DNA of 64,000 nucleotides from positions 35,565 to 99,564 of the forward strand of contig JADZDR010000091.1 of NCBI GenBank assembly GCA_020850945.1, in the 5' to 3' direction. A program made the position numbers and the translations under genes. Positions 32,643 through 41,154 of the stretch are shown in pieces. Numbering within the stretch: position 1 is the stretch's first letter; every line of letters starts with the position of its first letter. The DNA is from Acidimicrobiia bacterium. GTDB taxonomy: Bacteria; Actinomycetota; Acidimicrobiia; UBA2766. Below the pieces are notes generated by a model that was given only the letters and a program-made list of their open reading frames with translations, was not told the DNA's origin and did not search any database.

Positions 32643-32751
32643 TTGCGCGCGACTAGCGTTGTTGCGCGCGAGTCGCGTCGCGTGGAGCGCGCGTCGCGCG
32701 CAAGAGCGCGGTTCGCGCGCAAGAACGGTTGGGCTGCTGCTCCGCGCGCAA
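32643..32751. repeat. cluster of five 9-mers: TTGCGCGCG twice, then the reverse complement CGCGCGCAA three times
   Basis: Copies are at 32643-51, 32662-70, 32695-703, 32714-22 and 32743-51. CTTGCGCGCGAC (32642-53) is the exact reverse complement of GTCGCGCGCAAG (32693-704). The cluster lies between convergent genes. Confidence 0.9.
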
Positions 32752-32757
32752 CAGGTG

Positions 32758-33222
32758 TCAGATGTAGAGACCCCACACGTTCACGCGGAAGAACTGGTAC
32801 ACCCATGAGGCCAGGATCGCGGCGGGCAACCACGCCCACCAGCGCACGAGCAGCGCCTGCACGGGGCGGGGGAACCGGTCGAGCTCGAGCACCTCGTCGC
32901 GGCGCAGGAGGATCGCTCCCCACACGGCTGCGGTGAGGGCGAGGAGCCAGAGGACGGGGCCGAGCGGCGCCGCCCGGAAGGCGTCGTCGACCTGGCCGCG
33001 GGCCGCGAAGGTGAAGCTCGTAGTCATGCCGCAGGCGGGGCAGGGCACGCCGAGGAGGACGCGCAGTCCGCAGAGGACGGGCCCGCCCAGATGGGGGCCG
33101 CCCGTCACCGCGTTGAGGAACGGCGCCACGAAGAAGAAACCGCCCGTGGCGAACATCGCGAGCGCGCCCGGATCTCTCCGCTTCGTGTGCTGGCGCGCGT
33201 CGGTGTGGGCGTGTGCCGTCAC
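32758..33222 (-). CDS. DUF2752 domain membrane protein
   Basis: It has the CPACGMTTSFTFAARGQ motif plus TM helices. The GTG start at 33222 overlaps the upstream stop (GTGA). Confidence 0.75.
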   Translation of the reverse strand: MTAHAHTDARQHTKRRDPGALAMFATGGFFFVAPFLNAVTGGPHLGGPVLCGLRVLLGVPCPACGMTTSFTFAARGQVDDAFRAAPLGPVLWLLALTAAVWGAILLRRDEVLELDRFPRPVQALLVRWWAWLPAAILASWVYQFFRVNVWGLYI

Positions 33223-34100
33223 GCGAGCCCCCGCGCACTCCCGAGGGCCTGCAGCGTCGACTCGAAGGTCTCCCAGTTCCAGGTCGTGTTGATCACACCT
33301 GAGAGGAAAAGGATGAACCCCAGGATCGCGATCCCCACACCCACGAAGCCGCAGATGATGCCGGCCAGCGCCATGCCACGCCCGCGGTAGAGGGCGGGGT
33401 CGCCGTCGACCTGCTTCTTGCCGAGGAAGCCGAACACGACGGCGAGGATCGCGACCACGATGCCGAGCGGTGCGCAGCACAAGGCGAGGATGATGCCGCA
33501 GATCCCGAGGATGAGGCCTGCGAGGGCATGCCCCGAGTTCTTCTGTCCTGTGAAGGCCACGCCGGGTGGGGGAGGCCCTCCAGGTGCGCCGGGATAGGCG
33601 CCGGGCGGATACCCGGGAGGCGGAGGGGGTTGGCCGCCCCCTCCCGGAGGCGGCAGGTAGGAGCCCTCTCGGGGTTGGACGCCTCCCGCCCCTGGCGGCG
33701 GCGGATACCCGGCCTGACCCGGAGGCGGCGGCGGATACCCGGCCTGACCCGGAGGCGGCGGGGCTGCCTGCGCCGGACCGTATCCGGGGGGTGGGGGGGG
33801 ATGGCCCGGGCCTACGTACGGAGGCTGCGCGGACTCGAACCCCGGTGGCGGAGGCTGCGGTGGAGGCTGCGCGGACTCGAACCCCGGTGGCGGAGGCGGC
33901 GGCGGAGGCTGCGCGGACTCGAACCCCGGTGGCGGAGGCGGCGGCGGAGGCTGCGCGGACTCGGACCCCGGTGGCGGCGCCTCGGCTCCCCCGCCCGCGT
34001 CGCTCGGCTCGCCCACAGGGGGAGTCGCGTCACCACCCGCCGGGCTCTCACCACTTGGGCTCGTGTCACCGCCACCCGGGCTTGCGGTCTCGTCTTCCAC
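33219..34100 (-). CDS. proline-rich repeat protein with a C-terminal DUF4190-like double-TM domain
   Basis: The N-terminal 190 aa or so are low-complexity Pro/Gly with exact repeats (PPPPPPPPGFESAQ about 3.7 times, PPPPGQAGYP twice). The C-terminus is ALAGLILGICGIILALCC...MALAGIICGFVGVGIAILG. Confidence 0.75.
   Translation of the reverse strand: MEDETASPGGGDTSPSGESPAGGDATPPVGEPSDAGGGAEAPPPGSESAQPPPPPPPPGFESAQPPPPPPPPGFESAQPPPQPPPPGFESAQPPYVGPGHPPPPPGYGPAQAAPPPPGQAGYPPPPPGQAGYPPPPGAGGVQPREGSYLPPPGGGGQPPPPPGYPPGAYPGAPGGPPPPGVAFTGQKNSGHALAGLILGICGIILALCCAPLGIVVAILAVVFGFLGKKQVDGDPALYRGRGMALAGIICGFVGVGIAILGFILFLSGVINTTWNWETFESTLQALGSARGLA
33694..33760. repeat. 30-bp in-frame tandem repeat (2.2 copies) inside the proline-rich CDS
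   Basis: GGCGGCGGCGGATACCCGGCCTGACCCGGA is repeated head-to-tail. Confidence 0.9.
33820..33975. repeat. 42-bp in-frame tandem repeat (about 3.7 copies) inside the proline-rich CDS
   Basis: The core GGAGGCTGCGCGGACTCGAACCCCGGTGGC starts at 33820, 33862, 33904 and 33946; the last copy has one mismatch. A G8 homopolymer lies nearby at 33793-33800. Confidence 0.9.
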
Positions 34101-34154
34101 AGCCTCTCCCCCTTCTCGTCCGGCAGAAACCCGCTGTCGGCGGCACTCTAGCCA

Positions 34155-35036
34155 TCACACGAACGGTTCGAACACGAGGCCGGTCGCGACGGGTGTCGTG
34201 ACCCAGGCAAGGACGCCGGCGGCGTGGAGGGCAGCGAGCACCGACTCGTCGAAGACCGCGGGCCTGTCGGCAAGGCAGACGAAGCCCGACCCCGACCCCG
34301 TCATCAGGGCAGGGCGGGCAGCCGCATCCTCGATGCGGGCCTTCCAGCGGGCGAGACCGGGTTCGACGGCGAGCGCGGCTGGCTCGAGGTCGTTGCGGAA
34401 GCTGCAGGCGGGGAGGACCCGCGCGAGCAGGGCGGGGGGTTCGACACCGCGTCGATCCCTTCTGCCCGTACCACCGAGGGTGTCGAAGGCACGGAAGACC
34501 TCGCGTGTGGACAGCTCGACGGGGGGAACCGCGACGAGAATCCCGATCGGTGGCAGCGGCTCCGTCGTATCGACGAGTTCGCCCCGGCCGTGGAGACGCG
34601 CACATCCTCCAGACAGGCAGAAGGGGATGTCGGTCCCGAGCGCCCGCGCGATCTCGTCGCGCGTGGGGCCGAGGTCGAGAGGGACGGCGACTGCCGCGAG
34701 CGCGGCGGCCGCATCAGCGCTGCCCCCTCCCAGGCCGGCACCGGCGGGGATCACCTTCTCGATGTTCACGTCCCAGCGAAGATCACGTCCCACCGTGGTA
34801 CCGACCAGCTCGAGGGTTCGCCCCACGAGGGTGTCCGCGAGGCCGGTGCTCACACTGACACGGCGCGCGCCGACTCCCTCACGGATCTCGAAGTCGAGTG
34901 TGTCAGCCAGGCCGATCGAGGTCGCCCACGACTCGTACGCGTGGAAGCCGTCCGGACGACGCGCTCCGATCTCGAGCGACAGGTTCACCTTCGCGTGGGC
35001 CCGGATCCGGCTCCGCACGTCGAGATCACCGCTCAC
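34155..35036 (-). CDS. ispE: 4-diphosphocytidyl-2-C-methyl-D-erythritol kinase
   Basis: It has the GHMP kinase motif IPAGAGLGGGSADAAAAL, and its start overlaps the rsmA stop. Confidence 0.9.
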   Translation of the reverse strand: MSGDLDVRSRIRAHAKVNLSLEIGARRPDGFHAYESWATSIGLADTLDFEIREGVGARRVSVSTGLADTLVGRTLELVGTTVGRDLRWDVNIEKVIPAGAGLGGGSADAAAALAAVAVPLDLGPTRDEIARALGTDIPFCLSGGCARLHGRGELVDTTEPLPPIGILVAVPPVELSTREVFRAFDTLGGTGRRDRRGVEPPALLARVLPACSFRNDLEPAALAVEPGLARWKARIEDAAARPALMTGSGSGFVCLADRPAVFDESVLAALHAAGVLAWVTTPVATGLVFEPFV

Positions 35037-35896
35037 GCGTCGGTGTCCCCTCGGCCTCCGAGCTCGCGAGCCAGGGCCCGGAACTCATCCGTCGAGAGCG
35101 ATTCGGCCCGCCTGCGCCCGTCGATACCGGACGCGTGCATGGCCGCGTCGACGTCACCACCAGACCACACCTTGAGAAGCGCGTTTCGCAGCGTCTTACG
35201 TCGTGTGGCGAATCCGGCATCCACGACCTGCCACACGCGGTCTCGCTCGGCTTCCCCTTCCACGTTCCTGCCCCGTTCGAGTCCGACGAGCGCAGATGTC
35301 ACCTCGGGGCGGGGCACGAACACGCGTGCCGGCACGGAACCGAGCATGTGGGCGTCCGCGAGCGTGTCGAGCTTGACCGTCACGGCACCGTAGTCGCGCG
35401 TGCCGGGTCGGGCGCATAGACGCAATGCGACCTCCTCCTGCACCATCACGACAGCACTGCGCACGGACGGCATGACGGCGAGCACGTCGAGGAGAACCGT
35501 CGTTCCCACGGAGTAGGGCAGGTTGGCGACGAGCTTGGTGGGCACCCGATCCCCCGTCTCGAGCGACGCCCAGTCGAAGGACACGGCATCGGCACAGATG
35601 ATCTCGACCCGATCCGCGGGCAGACGGGCGGCCACGAGCTCACAGAAACTCGGTTCGATCTCGATCCCCGTGACGGTGGCACCTGCCGCCACGAGGCCCG
35701 CGGTGAGCGATCCCACCCCCACGCCGACCTCGATCACCCTGTCGGCCGGACCGGCCCGGGCAAGCCGCACGATACGCCGCACGAGATTCGGGTCGGCGAG
35801 GAAGTTCTGACCCCTGTACCGCGACGGTCGCACGCCCGCCTCGGCAAGCCGCGCCTTGACTTCTCGCACACCGAGGAGCGCGACATCTCCGTTCAT
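35033..35896 (-). CDS. rsmA: 16S rRNA (adenine1518/1519-N6)-dimethyltransferase
   Basis: It has GQNFLADPNLVRRIV and VIEVGVGVGSLT motifs. Confidence 0.9.
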   Translation of the reverse strand: MNGDVALLGVREVKARLAEAGVRPSRYRGQNFLADPNLVRRIVRLARAGPADRVIEVGVGVGSLTAGLVAAGATVTGIEIEPSFCELVAARLPADRVEIICADAVSFDWASLETGDRVPTKLVANLPYSVGTTVLLDVLAVMPSVRSAVVMVQEEVALRLCARPGTRDYGAVTVKLDTLADAHMLGSVPARVFVPRPEVTSALVGLERGRNVEGEAERDRVWQVVDAGFATRRKTLRNALLKVWSGGDVDAAMHASGIDGRRRAESLSTDEFRALARELGGRGDTDA

Positions 35897-36687
35897 CCCC
35901 TGCCCAGACCGAAGAGAACCGCCGCGTTGCGGGACGTCACCTCGGCCACCTCCGGCGCGGAGCGGCCCAGCGCTGCTGCCAGGGACTCACCTACGAGCGC
36001 GGCACGCGCGGGGTAGTTGGTCTTGCCCCGGAACGCCTGCGGCGACAGGAACGGCGAGTCGGTCTCAACGACGAGATGGCCGAGCGGGACCGCCCGCACG
36101 GCCTCGCGGAGCAGGTCGTTCCGGGGATAGCTGATCGGGCCCGCGATCGAGAGCCATGCCCCGAAGGAATCGACACAACGACGCGCCTCGGCCGGTCCGC
36201 CCGTGAAGCAGTGGAAGACCGTGCGCGCCGGGCAACCCTCGGCATCCAGGATCGAGAACAGCGTGTCCCACGCATCGCGGGTGTGTACCACGAGGGCGAG
36301 GTCGTGCTCCTTGGCGAGTGCGATCTGACGGCGGAAGGCACGATCTTGGTCCTCGCGGGGGCTCCGGTTCCGGTAGAAGTCGAGCCCGCACTCTCCCACG
36401 GCCACGACCTCGGGGGCGGAGAGCAGCGCGACGAGCTGTTCGATCTCGGCGTCCATGTCGTTCGCGGCGTGCGGATGCAGGCCGACCGTCGCGTGCACGC
36501 CGTCGCAGGAACGCGCCGCGTCGACGGCGATCGCGGAGGTCGCAGCGTCGATACCGACGCAGACGATGTCGGTGACACCCGCCGCCCGCGCGTCGTCCAC
36601 GACCTCGGCGGGCGGTTCGTCGAGGAGTTGCAGGTGGCAGTGCGTGTCGATCCAGCCGACTGTCTGTCCGCTCACGCTGCCACTCAT
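35893..36687 (-). CDS. tatD: TatD family metal-dependent hydrolase
   Basis: It has WIDTHCHL and HTRDA motifs. The start is trimmed to ATG 36687, which overlaps the metG stop (ATGA); the 569-aa ORF extension is shadow sequence. Confidence 0.9.
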   Translation of the reverse strand: MSGSVSGQTVGWIDTHCHLQLLDEPPAEVVDDARAAGVTDIVCVGIDAATSAIAVDAARSCDGVHATVGLHPHAANDMDAEIEQLVALLSAPEVVAVGECGLDFYRNRSPREDQDRAFRRQIALAKEHDLALVVHTRDAWDTLFSILDAEGCPARTVFHCFTGGPAEARRCVDSFGAWLSIAGPISYPRNDLLREAVRAVPLGHLVVETDSPFLSPQAFRGKTNYPARAALVGESLAAALGRSAPEVAEVTSRNAAVLFGLGRG

Positions 36688-38267
36688 TCGTCCTTGCGGG
36701 GAAAGAGCGGTTCGCCTTTGGCGACCCGCGTTCCCTCTGGGAAGAGGCCCCACGCCGTCACCTCGTCGACAGGCCCGTCGTGGGCGGCTCCCTCGAGGCC
36801 GAGCTTGTCCCACAACCTCGCTGCCGCGTCGGGCATCACAGGCGAGACGAGGACGGCCACGATACGCAGCGCTTCGAGGCCCGCGCCGAGCACGTCGCGC
36901 AGCCGCGTCCGGGCATCCTCGCCGGTCTGCTTGGCGAGGTGCCAGGGCTCGGTCTCCTCCACGAGCCTGTTCGCGGCCTTCACTCCGCCCCACAGGGCAG
37001 TGAGGGCATCGTCGAAATCGACCGCGTCGAGGCGGGCACCGTACTCGCGCACCGCGCCGTCGAGCGCTGCCCGGAGCCGGTCTATCGCGTCGCCGTCGGC
37101 GTCTGTCGGCACGGCCGGCGCGATCCCGTCGAGGTATCGCTCGACCATGTTGAGGACGCGACTCGCCGTGTTCCCGAGGTCGTTCGCGAGATCGTGGTTG
37201 TAGCGATCGAGGATCGCCTCCCACGAGAACGAGCCGTCCGGCCCGAAGCTCACGTCCCGCATGAAGTAGTAGCGGTAGCAGTCCCGGCCGAACGCGTCGA
37301 CGAGCTCCTGCGGGTGGATCTGGTTTGCCCGTGACTTGGACATCTTCTCGCCGCCGACGAGGAGGAAGCCGTGGGCGAAGACGCCGTGGGGCAGGGGGAG
37401 GCCGGCTGCCATGAGCATCGCCGGCCAGATGACGGCGTGGAAACGCAGGATGTCCTTCCCCACGAGATGGATGGTTGCCGGCCAGTCGGCCGCGAAACGC
37501 GCATCGTCGGTTCCGTACCCGACGGCTGTCATGTAGTTCGTGAGCGCGTCCGGCCACACGTAGGCGACTTGGGCCTGATCCCACGGGATGGGGACTCCCC
37601 ACGTGATGAGCGAACGACTGAAGCTGATGTCCTCGAGGCCGGACCGGATGAAGGCCACGACCTCGTTGCGGCGTGTCTCGGGCTGCACGAACTCGGGATG
37701 CGCTTCGATGTGGTCGAGCAGCGCCTCCTCGTACGCGGAGAGGCGGAAGAACCAGTTCGTGTCCTTCATGTGCTCGACGGGCCGCTTGTGGTCCGGGCAG
37801 AGGTCGCCTCCGCCGACGACACCGGCCTCGTCGACGAGCTCTGCCGGCGCGTAGTAGGCCTCACATGCCACGCAGTAGAGGCCCTCGTACTCGCCCAGAT
37901 AGAGGTCGCCGTTGTCGTGCAGCGTCTCGAGGATGCGGTCGACGCCGGCGACGTGGCGCGGCTCGGTCGTGCGGATGAAGTCGTCGTTGGAGATCCCGAG
38001 GAGGCTCCACACCTCCTCGAAACGCGGCGCGACACGGTCGCACCACGCCTGCGGCGTCACACCGTTCTCGTCGGCCACCCTCGCGATCTTCTGTCCGTGC
38101 TCGTCTGTGCCGGTGAGGAAGAAGACCCGTTCCCCCTTGAGCCTGTGCCAGCGGGCGAGCACATCGGCGGCAACCGTCGTGTACGCGTGGCCTATGTGGG
38201 GCACGTCGTTCACGTAGTAGATCGGCGTCGTGACGTAGAAGTACGGCCGATCGTCGACGTCGCTCAA
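36684..38267 (-). CDS. metG: methionine--tRNA ligase
   Basis: It has YYVNDVPHIGHAYT (HIGH motif) and KMSKS (GEKMSKSRAN). Confidence 0.95.
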   Translation of the reverse strand: MSDVDDRPYFYVTTPIYYVNDVPHIGHAYTTVAADVLARWHRLKGERVFFLTGTDEHGQKIARVADENGVTPQAWCDRVAPRFEEVWSLLGISNDDFIRTTEPRHVAGVDRILETLHDNGDLYLGEYEGLYCVACEAYYAPAELVDEAGVVGGGDLCPDHKRPVEHMKDTNWFFRLSAYEEALLDHIEAHPEFVQPETRRNEVVAFIRSGLEDISFSRSLITWGVPIPWDQAQVAYVWPDALTNYMTAVGYGTDDARFAADWPATIHLVGKDILRFHAVIWPAMLMAAGLPLPHGVFAHGFLLVGGEKMSKSRANQIHPQELVDAFGRDCYRYYFMRDVSFGPDGSFSWEAILDRYNHDLANDLGNTASRVLNMVERYLDGIAPAVPTDADGDAIDRLRAALDGAVREYGARLDAVDFDDALTALWGGVKAANRLVEETEPWHLAKQTGEDARTRLRDVLGAGLEALRIVAVLVSPVMPDAAARLWDKLGLEGAAHDGPVDEVTAWGLFPEGTRVAKGEPLFPRKDE

Positions 38268-38418
38268 GCCGGGACCTTTCTCGTGGCCTCTGATCCGGAA
38301 CGGGAGCCGCCTGCCTCTCGCCCGGGAACAGGCTCACGCATGAGCCGTGTGGTGAATGGGGCAGGCACCGGATATCGGGGTAGGATCGTACCAACACGAG
38401 GCAAAGCTGGCGCTGAAT

Positions 38419-38670
38419 ATGGCACGCAAGCACACCGGCATGACACGCAAGGTCGACGATCTGGGCAGGATCGTCCTTCCCGCCGAGATCCGCCGGGCCT
38501 TCGACATCCACGTCGGCGATCTCCTGGACATCTCCGTGCAGGGCAACCAGATCGTCCTCGGCAAGGTCGAGGACCGCTGCATCTTCTGTGGCACCGACGT
38601 CGATCTCATCCAGCACCACGACAAGCTCGTGTGTCTCGTCTGCCGCAAGTCACTCGCCGAGGGCGTCTGA
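38419..38670 (+). CDS. AbrB/SpoVT-fold DNA-binding protein with a C-terminal CxxC...CxxC zinc-ribbon-like tail
   Basis: It has KVDDLGRIVLPAEIRRAFDI (AbrB-like) and then CIFCGTDVDLIQHHDKLVCLVC. The start is uncertain (38356, 38419 or 38440). The 3' end overlaps the convergent rsmI by 21 nt. Confidence 0.7.
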   Translation: MARKHTGMTRKVDDLGRIVLPAEIRRAFDIHVGDLLDISVQGNQIVLGKVEDRCIFCGTDVDLIQHHDKLVCLVCRKSLAEGV

Positions 38671-39519
38671 CGAACCCTCGCCTCCACCCGCGATGGCGAG
38701 CGCGAGACGATACGCACGGTTGCGTCGCACACCGAGTTGTGCCACGGCTTCGTCCACCGCCCGTCTCACACTGTCCCCGGACGTGATGCGGGCGGCGAGC
38801 CACCGGCTGAGCTCGGCATCGGAGACCTCGTCCTCCACTTCGCCGGCCCCTTCCACCACGACCACCATCTCTCCCCGCTCCGGATACTGGGCCGTCGCGA
38901 CCTCGGCGAGGCTGCCGCGCACGAACTGCTCGAACATCTTCGTCATCTCCCGGCAGACGACGACACGCCGCGCGGGTCCGAGCGCGGTCGCGAGGTCCTC
39001 CAGAGTCGCCCGCACACGGGTGGGCGCTTCGAACAGGACGATCGTGCGTGGCTCCGCCTGCAGGGACGTGAGCCAGTCACGGCGCTCCCTTCCCTTGCGG
39101 GGGGGGAAGCCCTCGAACACGAACCGGTCGGCAGGCAGGCCGCTCACGGCGAGCGCGGTCACGACTGCCGAGGGGCCGGGTACGACCGAGATCTCCACAC
39201 CGGCGTCGGCGCAGGCCGCCACCAACGCCTGGCCCGGATCGGAGATCGTGGGCATGCCGGCATCGCTCACGAGGGCGACATGCCGGCCCCGCCCGATCTC
39301 GGCCACGAGGTGAGGGACCCGGGCCCGCTCATTGTGGCCGTGCAAGGACACGACCCGGTCGCCGGCCGGAATCCCCAAAGCGGAGAGCAGCTTGCGCACA
39401 CGACGGCTGTCCTCGGCCGCGATGATGTCTGCCGCCCGCAGGACCGCACGCGCGCGGTCGCTCACGTCGGCGAGGTTGCCGATGGGTGTGGCGACGAGTG
39501 TCAGCCGGACAGAGCCCAT
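38650..39519 (-). CDS. rsmI: 16S rRNA (cytidine1402-2'-O)-methyltransferase
   Basis: It has LTLVATPIGNLADVS and the tetrapyrrole-methylase fold pattern. The start is trimmed to ATG 39519. Confidence 0.9.
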   Translation of the reverse strand: MGSVRLTLVATPIGNLADVSDRARAVLRAADIIAAEDSRRVRKLLSALGIPAGDRVVSLHGHNERARVPHLVAEIGRGRHVALVSDAGMPTISDPGQALVAACADAGVEISVVPGPSAVVTALAVSGLPADRFVFEGFPPRKGRERRDWLTSLQAEPRTIVLFEAPTRVRATLEDLATALGPARRVVVCREMTKMFEQFVRGSLAEVATAQYPERGEMVVVVEGAGEVEDEVSDAELSRWLAARITSGDSVRRAVDEAVAQLGVRRNRAYRLALAIAGGGEGSSDALGE

Positions 39520-39833
39520 CGGACCACGTCCCCGACGCGGGCTCCTACGGCCTCGAGCGTCCCGGCGTGCATCTCGAGCGCTCCGCGCGCCCCCCACACG
39601 ATCCGCGAGAAGCGTCGCGGCCGCATGCCCGGCACGAGATGCAGGATCGTCCCACCCGCGTCGAGGAATGCGACGTCGATGGGGAACCGCATGCCGAACG
39701 TGTGGACGGACTTGCAGGGGGAGAGCCAGAGGGCTTCGTCCCGCCGCATGGCATCGCGTCCCAGGAGGCCCTTCGTGCGCCCGAGCGAGCCTCGGGCGTA
39801 GACGACACGGCCGGGGAAGAGGATCTCAGACAT
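39501..39833 (-). CDS. DUF192 domain protein
   Basis: It has the KGLLGRD...L.SPCKSVHTFGMRFPIDVAFLD pattern typical of DUF192. Confidence 0.8.
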   Translation of the reverse strand: MSEILFPGRVVYARGSLGRTKGLLGRDAMRRDEALWLSPCKSVHTFGMRFPIDVAFLDAGGTILHLVPGMRPRRFSRIVWGARGALEMHAGTLEAVGARVGDVVRWALSG

Positions 39834-40908
39834 TGAACCTGAACTCGATCACGTCACCGTCCCGAACCACGTAGTCGCGGCCCTCGAGACGTGTCTTGCC
39901 CTGTCGCTTCGCGTCGTCCCATCCGCCTGCAGCCACGAGATCTTCGTACGCGACCACCTCGGCCCGAATGAAGCCGCGCTCGAAGTCGGAGTGGATCACG
40001 CCCGCGGCCACGGGCGCCGTGTCCCCCACCCGGATCGTCCACGCCCGCGACTCCTTCTCGCCAGTCGTGAAGAATGTGCGCTTGCCGAGTGCGTGGTAGG
40101 CGGCGCGGGCGACGCGAGGGAGGGCGGGTTCGCCTATGTCGTACCCGGCGAGCAACTCGGTTCGGGCCGCGGCGTCGTCGAGCTGGGCGATCTCGTCCTC
40201 GAGGGCGAAGCAGAGGGCAGTGACGTCGGCGTCGCCGACATGCTCCCTGACCGCGCCCTCGATCCCCGCGGCATCACCGAGCTGCTCCTCCCCTATGTTC
40301 ACGACGTAGAGGACGGTCTTGTCGGTGAGCAGGAACTGGTCACGCAGACGAGCGCGGGTCGCCGAGTCGATGTCGGACCGGTAGAGCGGCACACCCGCTT
40401 CGAGCACGACCACGGCAGCCTCGAGTGCGGCGACGAGACGTTTCGCCTCGTCCTGTGTCGCCGCCTTGCGGGCCTTGGGAAGCCGTGACTCGAGGGTCTC
40501 GAGGTCGCTGAGGCAGAGCTCGGTCTCGAGGACTTCGAGATCCCCGAGTGGGTCCGGCGGACTGGTCGCGTAGACGACGTTGGGATCGTCGAACGCCCGC
40601 AGCACGTAGAGGATCGCGTCGACCTCACGGATCTGGGCGAGAAACCGGTTGCCGAGACCCTCCCCCTGGGATGCCCCGGCGGCGAGGCCGGCGATGTCGA
40701 TCACGTTCAGGCCCGCGGGCACGATCTTGCGGGACGCGGCGAGCTCCCCCAGCACGTCGAGACGCGTGTCGGGCACCTGGGCCACGCCGACGTTGCTGCC
40801 GGTCGTCGTGAAGGGATGGGATGCCACCTCGACATCCATCCGCGTTAGAGCGCGAAAGAGACCCGACTTGCCGCAGTTCGGAAGGCCGACGATGCCGAGT
40901 CGCTCCAT
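39826..40908 (-). CDS. ychF: redox-regulated ATPase YchF
   Basis: It has GIVGLPNCGKSGLF (P-loop), a TGS-like C-terminal domain and VVRDGDVIEFRFNV. The start is trimmed to ATG 40908. Confidence 0.9.
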   Translation of the reverse strand: MERLGIVGLPNCGKSGLFRALTRMDVEVASHPFTTTGSNVGVAQVPDTRLDVLGELAASRKIVPAGLNVIDIAGLAAGASQGEGLGNRFLAQIREVDAILYVLRAFDDPNVVYATSPPDPLGDLEVLETELCLSDLETLESRLPKARKAATQDEAKRLVAALEAAVVVLEAGVPLYRSDIDSATRARLRDQFLLTDKTVLYVVNIGEEQLGDAAGIEGAVREHVGDADVTALCFALEDEIAQLDDAAARTELLAGYDIGEPALPRVARAAYHALGKRTFFTTGEKESRAWTIRVGDTAPVAAGVIHSDFERGFIRAEVVAYEDLVAAGGWDDAKRQGKTRLEGRDYVVRDGDVIEFRFNV

Positions 40909-41057
40909 CGGGGCGATCCTATCGGGCGCCGTCGGGGCCGCCCGTACCACCCTTTCCGGCTCGTTTGTGGTCGGGCCGGACTGATACCCTCGAATCCGTC
41001 TCCGCGGTTCGTGACCGAGCGGCGGAGTGGGCGGGCACCCCTTGCAGAAAGGTCGCC

Positions 41058-41144
41058 ATGAGCAAGCGGACTCGGAAGCGCAAGGCGCGCGCACGGAACA
41101 AGAAAGCCAACCACCGCCGCAAGCCGAACACCGGCAGGGGCTGA
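41058..41144 (+). CDS. 28-aa highly basic micro-protein, candidate ribosomal protein bL37
   Basis: The translation is MSKRTRKRKARARNKKANHRRKPNTGRG. From memory it resembles the actinobacterial bL37 (MAKRGRK...SKANHGKRPN-type). GAAAGG lies 7 nt upstream of the ATG. The ORF is hidden inside a longer spurious ORF (40821..41144) in the track. Confidence 0.6.
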   Translation: MSKRTRKRKARARNKKANHRRKPNTGRG

Positions 41145-41154
41145 GCCCAGGCGT

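Noticed and set aside
36688-37602. N-terminal extension of the TatD ORF (569-aa longest ORF)
   Set aside because: It overlaps metG. The ATG at 36687 gives a normal-length TatD and a classic ATGA overlap with the metG stop.
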